From Paecilomyces variotii (lineage: Eukaryota): DNA of 64,000 bases. Within the stretch, counting starts at the first letter, position 1. Each line of letters begins with the position of its first letter. The position numbers and the translations under genes were made by a program. The stretch lies in the NCBI GenBank assembly GCA_004022145.1, contig RCNU01000002.1. One strand, given 5' to 3'. Positions 50,201 through 63,055 of this stretch are shown here, piece by piece. Under the pieces are notes generated by a model. The model searched no databases. It saw nothing but the letters and a program-made list of their open reading frames with translations, and was not told the origin of the DNA.

Positions 50201-50394
50201 TCGAGTTCATCTCTCTGCAAGATGTGCTGGGGCGCGATATCGGCCGTGGCTGCAACGGCATCGTGAGCCGCCCTCGAGTTTGGGTGCAGAATGCAAATTA
50301 TGTCGGAGACATCCTGTTCATGAAGACCAGAATTGTTGTGACCTATACGCCGGGGATCTGCGTACGGTTGAGTCGACTCTTGAGTGGCCTCCAT
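47260..50394 (-). CDS. Rad53/Chk2-family checkpoint Ser/Thr kinase with N-terminal FHA and a second C-terminal FHA-like domain
   Basis: TQ motifs at N-terminus; FGRN...ISNVHF...STNGT FHA; GKGAFATV, HRDIKPDN, DFG, CGTLLYCAPE; C-terminal WGRG...IPAYAL..VND; two introns. Confidence 0.92.
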
Positions 50395-51501
50395 GAGGAT
50401 CCTCAGGCTGCAATAATTGTGCCCGTGCGAGGCAATTGTGAATGCTCAACGATGCACTTATACTTGCATAACACAGTAGGGTAATCGATATGCCTAGTAT
50501 ATCGGTTGCATCAGCAATCTGGCTTCGGAGCTGGCTCAAAAACGCTGTCCTCAGATAGTATTTGACGCGGACTTTCTACGAAAACATTGAAAACAATGGA
50601 GTGGTGTTCGGCCCTCACAAGAAACCAGACACACTAAGGCTGGATGAGCCTCTGAGCCTCGAGGACAGACAAAGAATGCTAACGAATATCCGCTGACCTA
50701 CCAGTTTCAGATTGCTATCAGACAAATAAAACGCTCTATCGTATGCAGGTTCAGCGGTTAATGGGCGGTAACGGCCCAGCGGGGGAAGTTCTTAAAGGCG
50801 GGTGTCGTAGCTGGATCCAAAGCCTCCTCGACCCTCGAGACTAATAATGATGGCAGTGCAACGAGCGCCGCGGGCATATAGAACAATGCCCTTGCTGAGA
50901 CTTGGGATGCAGTGTCCGCTGAGATGAGCAGCTGCCGCCGCAAGGATCCAGATACGTCCTCTTAGGTATTATATTAACTGTCCAGTAACCTCCCAATCTC
51001 CATCTGCCTCGCTCGATTGGGAACCGGTGCGGTCCGTTGGTCTGTTGGAATGTGATTCGGATGAGTGGATTCAGCAGCTGGTCGTAAGATCCTGAATGCC
51101 CGTACTGAGCTGCGTTAGCACAGCTCGCAATTCAGCACGGAACGTGGAGATTGAGAAAGCACAGACCCCGACAGCTCCGAGTGAACTCCCTGCCAGCAAT
51201 CCATACGCGCTAGGTATGGCCGTCTGTCCTGCGAGTCGCGACAGAGGAGACGAGGCAGAATCGACCGGCAGGGTCGTCGTCCGAGAAACCAAGCAAAGCG
51301 AAGTGGATGGCTCAGCCGTCCTTTTGTTCAGACCCCAGGCATCAACATCATGTGGCCCGTGCGAGCCCGCGGATGTCGTTCCTGAACTCCATAAACACCT
51401 TTCCCCTTCGGGCTACAGCTCAAGCCTACCTAGGTACGAGGCAGAAATCTATAAGATCGATATACAGCAGAAGTATTTGACTGGAATGATACAATATACG
51501 T

Positions 51502-52868
51502 CTACTTTGTTCCATAAGGTTTCGTGACATTGTCGCTTCGCTCAAACTTACCGCTGAAGGCAATGTCGAAGACTTCTTCCAGGCGGCTGATAGCCTCATC
51601 AGACACCTCTGTACGTCGTCGTCAGCGGTCTTCTTTGGTCCATTGAAGAATCATATGCACTCACGATAGTGGATCACGATTCTCCCACCGGATAGTTTCA
51701 GGCCCTTTTGATTCCCGATGGCCGCCAGGTCGTTCGGGCCCAGTCCGGACGCCTCGAGGTCCAGCCAGACCATGTTCGTCTGGACAGGCTTCTGCAGCTT
51801 CCCACCGCGGCTCGTCCAAGCATCTGCTACCTTCTTCGCTTTGGCATGAGTGTCTTTGAGTCTCCCACCTTCGCCATTGGGGCCGGGCCCAAAGGTCTCC
51901 TCGACGGCAACACGTGCAGCAGCCGAGATGACACCGGCTTGGCGGACACCACCTCCAATGGATTTACGGAACCAATTTGCCCGCTTGATAAACTCCTCTG
52001 AGCCAACTATAATGCTCCCAATGGGAGCACCCAGGCCCTTGGAAAAGCAGAGACTCACACTATCAAAGAGACTCGCGTAATCTGACAAGCTACCTGCGCC
52101 TGAGACGACCGCCTCCCAGAGTCTTGCGCCGTCAAGATGGACCTTGATGCCTTTAGCATGGGCCCACTCAACAATCCGACGCACTTCATCGAGTGGCAGC
52201 ACCGTCCCATCCAGAGTGTTTTCCAGACTAATCAGCTTGGTGGGGCAGTAATGAATATCATCGTCGAGTATAGCTTGCTTCTGAATGTCCTCGAGAGTCA
52301 AATAGATGCCGTTTTTCGGGATAATACCGTAAACAGTCGCACCCGTCCAGGCACTGACTCCACCCGCTTCATATTGAAGGATGTGAGATTGATGGTCACA
52401 TAAGATGGAATAGGGTGGCTGCACCAGGTGCGTTCGAATGGCGACTTGGTTGCCCATGGTACCGGACATGACGAGCAATCCAGCCTGATGGCCGGCGCGC
52501 TGTGCAACGTATTCCTCGAGCGAGTTTGTTACCGGATCCTCCTTAAATACATCGTCCAGCAAGGTTGTGTTTGTGATTGCCTCGAGCATGGATAGTGTCG
52601 GCTTTGTCATGGTGTCGCCTGGAGTTATGTCATGTTCTCGTTAGAGCTTGGGATCATTATTATTAGATGCAAGTTGTCAATGCTCACTCCGTAGATCAAA
52701 TTCGGCTGCTCCTGCGCCGTGCCAATGATTGGGCTTGCCATTGGCCGCAGAGTGACTGGCTGATATATTCGCGGCCATTGTGAAGCTGCGCGTACAGCGG
52801 ATCGTCCTACGAGGAACTGGACACGCTGGCCCGCGCGGACGCAGGGCAGAGAGAATGGTACGCCTCAT
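51502..52868 (-). CDS. GLY1: Low-specificity L-threonine aldolase (PLP-dependent, Gly1-like)
   Basis: FDLRS/DTMTKP across intron, SGTMGNQ, LENT, HLDGARLW, CFSKGLGAPIGS, GGGVRQAG; two introns. Confidence 0.9.
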
Positions 52869-53244
52869 GGAGAGAGCAACGAGCACAGCAGCACGAGATA
52901 GATCTCAAGCCAAAGCCTCGATCGAACCCGTGCGGGGCAGGCCGTGTTGTTCTCTCCCCGCGCACTTGGGGGCACTAAAAACGACACTTGGCCCTCGAAA
53001 ACAGTATGGTCAAATCCACGATCTGACGCTGTTTGCGGTCCAAGCCGCCTAGACTGTCTATCGATAAGCGTCGGCGCTGGAACAACGCAATTGACCAGCC
53101 TCTTAGTCAGCGGTCGAGGCTCGTTCGATTTCCAGGCCGATGCTCCGCCTCTCGACAATGGTCTGTCTACTTACTCTCTGAAACTACAATTGCCCACGCC
53201 ACGCCACGCCAGCAGTGTGCTTCACCCGGTATCCGACCTCCGTC

Positions 53245-54992
53245 ATGGATCTCTCCCGGATAACGAGGCCTTCGGTCCTCTGCCAGTGTTCCCGCTGCTC
53301 AAGCTCTCTTGCGGCCTGCGAGAATGAGTGGGCCAAGCTCTCCAGCTCGTACTCGATTGCTGCGGGCTGGCTGAGCTTGGACATCAATCGGATCGCGATC
53401 TCATCTGAAAGGAAGCAGATCCCCTTGTCATCCGATCTGAGTCTGCTGCGTGGATGCATTCTCCAAGATATCACCTGCAAGCTCTGCGACCAGAAGCTGG
53501 GCGCAATATGCGACTTGAGCCATGGGTAGATTGACCCTGTACCTTCCTTGGTCGCGACTGTACTGACTTCAATAGGGCCAACATTTTCTGGAAGATGTCG
53601 AAGGTATCATTCCGAGAGATCGTCACCATGAGGACGGTAGACCCCATTTTCAAGGAAGGTCTCGTGGACAGCCTGTTGTATCCGAAGCAGGACGCGCAAA
53701 ACGAGCCTGAAGCCAACCAAGACGCAGTCGCAGCGACCTCCAGCTCTCTGGAGACTCCAGGAAATAGCTCTTCTGTTCGACAGGAAATCCAGAACCAGGG
53801 ATTGAATATCAACCGGATCTCGAGCTCTGTAGACACCTTGCACGGCACGATGACGGAGCTGAAACATGCTTTCACCGCGCTACGGATAGAGCTACACGGC
53901 CCGAACCGGGCTTCCCTCGAACCCGAAAGGGCCGATGGGGGCTTTGATATGCTGGCGACGGTCTTGAAGGAGCTCAAATGCAGGTCAGAGGAGGTGGACA
54001 GGCTAAGGCTTGAAAATGAAGCTCTGAAATTGAAGAACCGCTACTTGGAGGAACAGGCGACAAAGACCCCCTATTCTAATCCATACCTTCTGGAAAGCAG
54101 TACACCCATCAGAGTACGCAGCCCAGGACTACTAAATGAAAATGGAAAGCGTCCCTGGCTGGAAGCGCAACACAGTGTCCGGAGCAATCAAGTCCTGGAC
54201 TCTTTCGACGAAGGAAATGAGCTCTCAGACACGACCTCCGTCGACGATATCGCTATGCACTCTGTGAAGATACCTCTAAATGATGTCGCAGAGCCAGACG
54301 CTCCATTGGAAGATGGCCAAGCCACTCCAAAACCATCTGGAGCGAACGGGAAGACTAAAGACCAAAACGCCCTCGACGCTATGGCTGAAGCAATCTATCA
54401 CACTCATTTGGATCCCCAGCAACCAGCGAACAAAAGAAGACGACTTTCCCAGCCGACGGATTCCCGTCCTAACAATCCTAGCCAAGAACCGAAAAAGAGC
54501 GGACGACCACGTGGTCCTCGAAAGTCTACAGGCCAGACTACGAAGACAACTAATCAACCAGAAACGCCCAATCCGGCAGCACTGCGTGAGCAAGATCTCA
54601 ACGTGAGTGCTGGCTCTCAGAAGGATGAGAATACATCGAATCCAACACCAGATGCTGCTGCGCCCAAATCGAAACCTCGCGGGCGGCCCAGCCGTGGAAA
54701 ATCAGGGTCTACCAGCGGAACGCGTACGGCTAGAAATCCTGACGTGAGCACAGATGCTGCAGCCACCATTGAGAAACAACTCATACAAGCCGCCGCAAGC
54801 GTCGAAGATTCAACAAATGTGGATGTCCTAGATTCCCACGACCAGAATAGCAGAGAAACTCTTGACAACCCGAATCCTTCTCAGAAATCGGGGAAAGAAG
54901 ATGCACGTGAACGACGAAAGGCGCAGGTAGCCGCGCGGGATGTGCTCGCCAAGATGGCTATGCAACGGGAAGAAGCAATGACGGAGGAGTAG
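53245..54992 (+). CDS. Protein with N-terminal Yippee/Mis18-like Zn-binding domain, coiled coil and basic low-complexity tail
   Basis: CQCSRC...CKLCDQKLG paired CxxC motifs; intron 53526-53575; coiled coil; GRP (AT-hook-like) motifs. Confidence 0.65.
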
Positions 54993-55137
54993 GATAGTCA
55001 CTATTGCTAACTATGATATATATTCAGTCTACGCATCGGCAGTGGTGTCATCAGGTTTGGGGTGATTACTTTGGTTATTATTCCAATCTTGACTATTTCG
55101 TTGTTCTGGTACATGGAAGTGGAATTTAACACCACCG

Positions 55138-55159
55138 ATAGCATAGCATAGCATAGCAT
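55138..55159. repeat. (ATAGC)x4 microsatellite
   Basis: atagcatagcatagcatagcat. Confidence 0.85.
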
Positions 55160-55364
55160 CCTCTTCAGTCTTACAGAAATCCGAATGAAACGCTCTTCTA
55201 CCGCCATGAAGGCTTGCTTGTTCTGTATCCAAATCTCGGGGAAGAATTCCCAAATCTAAAACATCTATAACCAACCATTGGAAAGGACGAGGACAAGGAC
55301 AGCGCTTGTACGGATATCCCATCCTGAAATGTGTATATCACTTCAGAGTAATGAATCACATATT

Positions 55365-57584
55365 TTATTTCACGCACATAAACCCACATCCTTCCCTAGC
55401 TCTCTCACATGCCTTTTTCAAGGCCTGTTCTTCTCGATCAGTCCATTTCACACTCAGCTCATCCCATGGTTTCCGTGACTGGAATTCTTCGCGGTATTTC
55501 TTGTGCAGGGACTGCAAACGGCCCACTTCACGCGGGTCGCCAGTTCCAGAGTATACGATGAACAGCGTGCAGGACGGGAGCGAATCGTATATTTGAGCAA
55601 TGTTCGATACCGTGCGAGATACGGTTTGAGATAGCACCTCTGCTGGCGGATCAGATGCCGTGGCTCCAGTTGTGGTAGCAGACGTGGTGGGCGTGGTCTC
55701 CTCTGGCGGGGGAACTAGGCTCGTCGACTCGTTGGCATTGTTGGGGTCGGGACGGCGATTGCACCATCCGCGGAGGACTTCGAGCTCGCGGAGTCGAGCC
55801 CAGGTGAAATCGGTGCCTCCGGCTGGAATGGATGAGTCGTTCTCATCGCCGTTGACTGCCCTGTTCACGCCCGCTACGACGTCCTCGTCCGTGTTGCAAC
55901 CGATTGCAACTGTTGCCTGCGAGCCGAAGCCACGCTCGGGACTGCCCCAGTCTACAACGGCGCCTGTACGTCCTTCGCCAGAGCCGACTTTCCCTGATTT
56001 AACTGAGCGGGATAGACGGCGAAAGATGCTCTCGTTGGAAGCATCGCTGGTGCCCCAGCGCTCGCCCTTCTCGCATTTCTGCTTGACGAGTTCGAGCACC
56101 GCACGCGCATCCTCGATTGAGTCGTGGCCAGCCATGCCCTTCTGGATTTCCTTGCCCAGATATTTCTGAGTAAGCCACTTGAGTCCGCACTTCAGAGGTG
56201 GTCCACGCGGGTGGGGGTAGATGATGGAGGTGTCGATGATGAAGGGATGCGTGAGCTTCAACGCATTTAAGTCGGAGTTTAGGGAGTGTCCGACAAGGAC
56301 AGATCGCGGAGTAAGAATAGAAAGCAGCTTCTGCTGAATATCATGGAGAGTCGTAGTGACGGGATCCAGTTTCTCTTTAGTGATACCAGAGAATCGCGTC
56401 AGGTAGTCTATGACAGGTCTTTCGGGCTTGACAAGTTCATCCAGCACTACCTCGCCATCCCAGCTGACGAGACTGATACGAGTGAGCTCCGATTTTCCAC
56501 CTTCAGTAATGCACATTTCACAGTCCAGAGCAAGTATTTGACGGCCAGCCGTCATGCTCCCTTGCTGAATCTCTGCTTCAGGTACATCGCCGTCAGCCAG
56601 GCTGGGGACATTCGTGTCAACCCAGCCTTCTTCCGCAGACGTTCCAGCTCGCTTGCGGGCCTCGAGATCTGCGTCCCGGTCCTTCTCGCTAGGGAAGAGC
56701 GCTGGGTGAAGTACGTAGTCATTCTCTCGGAGATCGCTGAGTGAGGCGATGAATGTCGTAACCGGGGTTCGTTGCGAAACGTAATTCTTGTCCACTCTTG
56801 GTGGTTTTGGCCCTTTACCCTGATTGCTGCTCTCTTTGGTTTTTGGCAAAGAAGATAACAGTATCGCCTGGAGAGGAGAGTGTACCTTGTTGTACTTCGA
56901 ATCCCCAGGTGCCTTAACAGGCCAAACATGGGGAAACATATCAGCCAAAGGCTGCAACGGTTGGGGAAGTGTATCCTTTGAAAGTGGCTTTGGACTGAAG
57001 CGCTCAGATCGATCTCTCAGAGGTAGGCCTTGCTTCCACCTAACGAAGTCTTCGGCCTTTGGATCTTCTCCCTCATCCTTCCCATCGGCTTGTTTGGGCT
57101 CCTCTGCCTGAGTGGTCTCTTCCACTGGCTTTGGTTCCAACTGAATAGTACCGTCAAACATGCCCAGTTCAAGCCCGGGGACCATCAAAACAACGACCTT
57201 CCGAACATGACCTGAATGTTTCACAGAAATCCATTGGGGTGCAATACCATCCGCGAAGCAGTAGAGCAGCAGGCCTTGGAGGTCGGCAATGCGTATAGAA
57301 GATTGCAACTTGCCATGAATATATGTCAAAGTCGGATATTTGGTCTTCTCGCCATCAGCACCGCGTCTTTTCTTCACGGCTCTGGTCTCTGTGGAACCGT
57401 TCTGATCGACAGCTTTCTCTGTCTCTGCAGTGCTATCTGTCTGCTCTGATGCAGCTATTGAGGAAGCCTGGAGAGCTGAAAGAGTCTGAGCTACTCCAAA
57501 TCCATTTGAGCCTTCGCTAGGGCCCATTGTCGGGTCATCCTCATCCCTAGTATCACCGCGCTTGCGTTTCTTTCCAATAGTCAT
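55365..57584 (-). CDS. DEDDh 3'-5' RNA exonuclease (Rex1/Rnh70-like)
   Basis: ALDCEMC, YLTRFSGIT, LVGHSLNSDL, IIDTS, GHDSIEDA; intronless. Confidence 0.92.
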   Translation of the reverse strand: MTIGKKRKRGDTRDEDDPTMGPSEGSNGFGVAQTLSALQASSIAASEQTDSTAETEKAVDQNGSTETRAVKKRRGADGEKTKYPTLTYIHGKLQSSIRIADLQGLLLYCFADGIAPQWISVKHSGHVRKVVVLMVPGLELGMFDGTIQLEPKPVEETTQAEEPKQADGKDEGEDPKAEDFVRWKQGLPLRDRSERFSPKPLSKDTLPQPLQPLADMFPHVWPVKAPGDSKYNKVHSPLQAILLSSLPKTKESSNQGKGPKPPRVDKNYVSQRTPVTTFIASLSDLRENDYVLHPALFPSEKDRDADLEARKRAGTSAEEGWVDTNVPSLADGDVPEAEIQQGSMTAGRQILALDCEMCITEGGKSELTRISLVSWDGEVVLDELVKPERPVIDYLTRFSGITKEKLDPVTTTLHDIQQKLLSILTPRSVLVGHSLNSDLNALKLTHPFIIDTSIIYPHPRGPPLKCGLKWLTQKYLGKEIQKGMAGHDSIEDARAVLELVKQKCEKGERWGTSDASNESIFRRLSRSVKSGKVGSGEGRTGAVVDWGSPERGFGSQATVAIGCNTDEDVVAGVNRAVNGDENDSSIPAGGTDFTWARLRELEVLRGWCNRRPDPNNANESTSLVPPPEETTPTTSATTTGATASDPPAEVLSQTVSRTVSNIAQIYDSLPSCTLFIVYSGTGDPREVGRLQSLHKKYREEFQSRKPWDELSVKWTDREEQALKKACERAREGCGFMCVK

Positions 57585-58494
57585 GGCTGGCAGGATGCCG
57601 GCTGATTTGGGTCAGAAGAAGTCCTTCACTCCAAACAATCTATCATCGACTTCCAAAGTAAAAATGAAAGTACGACTGTTGCGTGGTTCAGAAGCCTCGT
57701 AGATCGCTCGATTGATATACAGGGCTTTAGAATTATTTCCCGTCTTCGATGTCCATGTTAGAATGGATTGGCCAGAATTAACGGGAGGCGAAAGTTGACT
57801 TTTATCTGTATCACGTGATGATAACCGTTCCACTGTCTGTTGCCCTTGGAATATATTGGCCACTACATTGACTTAGGCTCAAAGGCTGTTTAAATAAACT
57901 ACTGCAATATTAGGATGGCTTTCTTTGAGAGTACCCTCTATGAAAAAACAGTTGCTGAACAATTGCTTTCTCAAATGGCTGACGAGCAACTTGCCGCTGA
58001 TTGGACGTGATCATCAAATCGAATACTCTGCAAGAAACTGAACCTATAATTGATCTTTTTATTCTGTATTCCTGCAGAAATTCCATTAATAATACATGCA
58101 CCATGTTTCTCCATAACCAACTAATTTACCATGCCATATCCATGAAGCTTGAGTATGGTAGTTACCCAGATGGCCAGTGAGGGCCGACGGCGATGGCGTC
58201 ACTCCGCATCAACGATTCTCCGACCCCCGACGAGATTTCTCCGCGATCAGACGCCGCCGGATCGACAAGAACTCACAGCAATTGCCTCCCATTTGGATCT
58301 TATCTGATCCGACCATCTGTTCCCGGCTGCTGAGAAAATTCATCCTCTGGTATCCTCCTTCAGTATATTCGCCTCGTTGAAATACCTGCCCGAAAGTGTC
58401 CAGCCGGTATTGAGATATCCAGTTCACATCTCTCCTTTAGATACCCCTCCGTCCCCGCCATCGATTCTCACCTCCGCCACACGCGACCACCAAC

Positions 58495-59380
58495 ATGTCG
58501 ACCCTCAGGGAGATTACATCTGAGTCCGACTTCACGTCGCACCTCGCCTCCCTTCAGCCCTCCACGCTCGTCGTCCTCTCTTTCCACACCCCATGGGCTG
58601 CACCCTGCGCGCAGATGCGCACTGTCCTTTCGACCCTCGCCGCATCCTACCCAGTCACAGACCCGCCCACCATCTCCTTCGTCTCCATCAATGCGGAAGA
58701 ACTGCCGGATATTTCAGAGGAATATGACGTTACTGCAGTTCCCTTCCTCGTCCTTCTCCGTGACGGCAAGGTCCTTGAATCTGTAAGCGGCAGCGATGCT
58801 ATCAAGGTCCGCGATGCAGTTGAGCGCCACGCCGGCAACGCCGCGGGTGGTTCCAAGACCGGAACAACGATCCCTCCTGCTTTGGCAGCTACTCCTCGTG
58901 TAGACGGACAGAACGGTGTCGCAACTGAGACCCCCGCCACAAACGGCACCTCTGCCACTCCAGCGCAGAGCAAGGAGCAGCTTTTTGCCCGTCTGGCAGA
59001 GCTCGTCAAGGCTGCGCCCGTCATGCTCTTCATGAAGGGAACCCCGAGTGCGCCGCAGTGCGGTTTCAGTCGGCAGCTGGTCGGCATTCTACGTGAGAAT
59101 GGAGTGAAGTATGGGTTCTTCAACATCCTCGCGGATGAGGACGTGAGGCAGGGTCTGAAGGAATTCGCCGACTGGCCGACCTTCCCCCAGCTGTGGGTGA
59201 AGGGAGAATTGATGGGTGGTTTGGATATTGTAAGTCCTCCCAATTGCATTGAAAATCCCACATATCAACTTAGTTTGCAATACTAACCATTTATCGACGA
59301 TACAGGTCCGTGAAGAACTCGCCGCTGACCCCGACTTCCTGAAGGAATTCGCCGTCAAGCCCGCTGCTACAGTTTCCTAA
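58495..59380 (+). CDS. grxD: Monothiol glutaredoxin Grx3/4 (GrxD), Trx + Grx domains
   Basis: WAAPC Trx-like motif; LFMKGTPSAPQCGFS; WPTFPQL; GGLDI; intron 59230-59305. Confidence 0.93.
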
Positions 59381-59871
59381 ATGCGGAACTGATTTATCTG
59401 ATTCTGCACGTATCCAGTACATACCCTCTTTCTGTGTCTTAGATCTCTAAATTCTCCGTTAGCGATGACGAGCTTTATTTGTTTATGATTTCCAATAAAA
59501 TGTTGGTTGTGTTTAACAATATATTTGTTAGATAGCTCTCTAATGTTACCCAACTAGCTATTGCCTTGATATTTTTTTTTTTTTTTTGTCATGTTACATC
59601 ATCACCATGGTTTGGTGATCTGGCACTGTACTCTTTTCCCATGCTATGCTAGTAGCATCGATCAATCAAAAGCCTAAGATGTTGAACCTTTTAAAGAGAC
59701 GCCAAAGTAGATAGATAGTTCAGAGCGTATTTCCTTTTTTTCTTTCTCTTATCTCTCCTATGTGCAGGTTTATACATACAAAACGTTATGTTGATGGTCG
59801 AGAAGCATTCGCCGCCTTTACAGCGGTTTCTCCTCGAATGCGTCCAGTCCATAGCCTCGCTGAAGATCTGC

Positions 59872-61392
59872 TTATGACAAGTTGTCAATCTCATCATCGG
59901 CCCGGGTCTGATCGTAATTCCACGCGTCAGGCTGGGTGGCCTTGCAGACACGGAACCGGGACAGGACAGCGTCCTCATCTACATAGGCTCCTGCTAACCA
60001 GCGCTCACCTGTAGCGGTGTTGAACGACCGACGCGCATGCACAACACGGCGGTTCTCAAAGATCACACATTCGCCTGGGTTCAGCTTCAGCTCGAAGATG
60101 GCCTGCTCATCCTCGAGTTCCTTCGTGAAAGCTGCGAGCGCTTTTCTGAATTCCCGGAAGTTCTTACTCCACAGACCCGTACTTCCCTCAGGACGGAACG
60201 GGCCCTGGAATGGAGGCGAGTAGTTGATATGGCGGTAGTGCCTGGGACTGCTTGCACCTGGCTCTGCGGTCTCGATTACAGGCCATGAGTTGTGGTAGAT
60301 CTGATCTTGGTGGACGTATTCGTAATTGAGTCGAAACTGCTGCAAGAGCTGCGCGGCACGTTCATTTTTCTTGTGCAACCGACTAGCTGCAGCGAAGGCA
60401 TCCGAGAAGAGAGATTCACCGCCATCACAGGAGTTCTTCAGGCAGTGTAGCAGCTGGAAGCCCGGCGGGTCTTTCATGTACATCAAGTCCATGTGGAAAC
60501 CGAGAAACTGATTTGTATATGCGACATTCTTGGCCTGGGGTACTGTCCGAACGTCCCACGTTAGCCCGTAGAAGGAATTGCGCAGCGGTCCCATCCTTGT
60601 CGCAATACGCTCGACCATCTCGCGTGAGTCGGGGATGTCCTTGACGAAGATCAGACCGAACTGCGCCAATCTCCGCATAGCGGTCGCGAATTTCGCATCA
60701 TCATTCACGTAATCGTCGAACGAGATCCAGTGCTGATCACGCTGCATCCGCTCTCGCTCCCAGAAGATCCTGTGGCGCGAAGCAGTCGCATTGCCCACGC
60801 TGTAACTAGCTGGAGACCTCAGGAATTCCGCACTGTACGTGGAAGTGTGAGATTCATCATAACCAGTGATGTCGTTCCTCCACTTTATCTCCAGTTGCTC
60901 ACCATCCCATTTCACACTCCGTGGCGTGATAGTCAATGGGATATCGGAGGTCCGGAAGCTGCGCTGCTTCGAATGTGGATCAACACAACGCTCACAGGAA
61001 CAAGCATCGCGCAGCGTTGCATAGTCTACGCCTCTCTGAATCTTCTGCCCTTCCTTCCCCGCCAGCTCAACACGCAAAGTGGTCTGTTGCAGCGTAATCC
61101 CCTCAGGTGTGTCGCCCTCTAGCTCGGGAACTGGTCTTCTGCGAAAGGAGAAACTCCTGGGAGAGGTTTTTTCTTGATTTTGTTTCTGCACGGGATCGTC
61201 GTGTGCCACTGGGATCTTCCGAATAGGCGTGTCGTTTAACTCCCCAGGCCCATGTTCACTCTCCTGTGCCGCCCGTCCGGGTATAGATTGTTGGATATTC
61301 CGGCGGGCAATGCTATAGCCGGGAGAATAGCATTGAATGCGAGATGGCGCACGCTGCGCCGGGCGCAATAAAGCCCTGAATGATCCTGACAT
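59872..61392 (-). CDS. Gamma-butyrobetaine/trimethyllysine dioxygenase family (TauD fold, Aim17-like), mitochondrial
   Basis: LRDACSCERC Zn site, NVAYT, HMD, GFQLLHC, ENRRVVHAR, RWLAGAY; Arg-rich presequence. Confidence 0.88.
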   Translation of the reverse strand: MSGSFRALLRPAQRAPSRIQCYSPGYSIARRNIQQSIPGRAAQESEHGPGELNDTPIRKIPVAHDDPVQKQNQEKTSPRSFSFRRRPVPELEGDTPEGITLQQTTLRVELAGKEGQKIQRGVDYATLRDACSCERCVDPHSKQRSFRTSDIPLTITPRSVKWDGEQLEIKWRNDITGYDESHTSTYSAEFLRSPASYSVGNATASRHRIFWERERMQRDQHWISFDDYVNDDAKFATAMRRLAQFGLIFVKDIPDSREMVERIATRMGPLRNSFYGLTWDVRTVPQAKNVAYTNQFLGFHMDLMYMKDPPGFQLLHCLKNSCDGGESLFSDAFAAASRLHKKNERAAQLLQQFRLNYEYVHQDQIYHNSWPVIETAEPGASSPRHYRHINYSPPFQGPFRPEGSTGLWSKNFREFRKALAAFTKELEDEQAIFELKLNPGECVIFENRRVVHARRSFNTATGERWLAGAYVDEDAVLSRFRVCKATQPDAWNYDQTRADDEIDNLS

Positions 61393-61847
61393 TTCAATTG
61401 CCGCGTGCGAGTTGTAAGAGATGAGGAATGCAGCGGAGGTAAGAAAGGAAGAAGATCAACAGGAGGGGAGCTTAAAAGTACGGACCTCGGGAACTTCCGC
61501 TCTGGGAAAGCATAGATAGCATATTACTGTCTGATACCTACGTTACGTTTTCAACGGCGCGGATAGCAGCGTAAGTATCGTAGCTACCGTAATCATAATA
61601 CACCGCGTGCGTGGATCCCGCGACGTCACCGGAGGCTGGACCTGGGAAAGACCGAAAGGAGAAAGCTGGAATTTCCCCGACGCAAGCGGAGCATTATTTC
61701 TGGTATCAACAAGCAACATCAACACCAGGTTTTGTTTTTTTTTTCCTCTCCTCTTCCACAGTCGCGTCTCAATGTGCTATCACGCTCAATAATAATTCAC
61801 ACACACACACTCCTTCTCTTGAGGATTCTCCTTCAATAATCACATGC

Positions 61848-63055
61848 ATGTCGGGCGGTGGAGAACACCTGAAAGATGAGGTATGTCAGATAACAACTGT
61901 TCGTTGCGCAACCCTGAAGAAGTCCATACTAACCGATTTCCCTGCGGAAAATAGGGCACGAGACGGCAAGTCGTCCTCGCGGGCGGTATAGCTGGTCTGG
62001 TCTCACGGTACGAATCGATCGCATCCATCCTTTCTCGAATCTCGCAGAACGGCCAACTGATAAGGAGTCCAGCTTTTGCATTGCGCCTCTCGATGTCGTT
62101 AAGATCAGATTGCAGTTGCAGATCCATTCGTTATCGGATCCTTCTTCGATCCATGGCCTCAAAGGTCCGGTGTATAAGGGGACGCTCCCTACAATGCGAG
62201 CGATCATCCGTGAGGAGGGATTGACTGTACGTCTTATCCATCTTTACGTGCGCAATTGCTGGAAACAGATAGATTGCGAAATGGCTTAGAGATATGTATC
62301 TGGGCTGACAAAATTGATTGTTCCAATAGGGGCTTTGGAAAGGCAACATTCCCGCAGAACTCCTCTACGTCTGCTACGGCGGCATCCAATTCACCACCTA
62401 CCGTACAACAACCCAAGCGCTGTCGAAACTAGACCCGCACCGCCTACCTCCCTCCGTCGAATCTTTTATCTCAGGCGCCTTCGCCGGTGGTGTTGCGACC
62501 GCAGCCACTTATCCTCTTGACCTATTGCGCACGCGCTTTGCAGCGCAGGGGAAGGAGCGTGTCTATACCTCCCTCTGGTCCTCCGTACGGGACATTGCTC
62601 GGTACGAGGGGCCGCTGGGCTTTTTCCGCGGATGCAGTGCAGCTGTCGGACAGATTGTGCCATATATGGGCCTTTTCTTCACAACATACGAGACCCTACG
62701 GCCATCAATGGCATCGTTCAACGACTACCTGCCCTTCGGATCCGGGGATGCCGCCGCCGGTGTAGTCGCGAGCGTGCTGGCCAAGACAGGCGTATTCCCA
62801 TTGGATCTAGTCAGGAAGCGATTGCAAGTGCAGGGGCCAACCAGGTCGAAATACGTGCACGCGAATATCCCGGAATATCGCGGAGTTTTCAAGACAATCC
62901 AGCTGATCCTTCGGACACAGGGGGTACGCGGGTTGTATCGAGGCTTGACCGTGAGCCTGTTCAAGGCGGCACCCGCAAGCGCGGTCACTATGTGGACATA
63001 TGAGCACGCCTTGAAGACTCTTCGCGAGATGGATATCGCGAGCGAGAAAAATTAG
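61848..63055 (+). CDS. TPC1: Mitochondrial thiamine pyrophosphate carrier
   Basis: [65 protein letters not shown]; three introns. Confidence 0.9.

Noticed and set aside
51502-61392. Carnitine-biosynthesis cluster (Gly1-like aldolase plus butyrobetaine dioxygenase-like gene)
   Set aside because: Separated by three unrelated housekeeping genes; dioxygenase specificity unknown.
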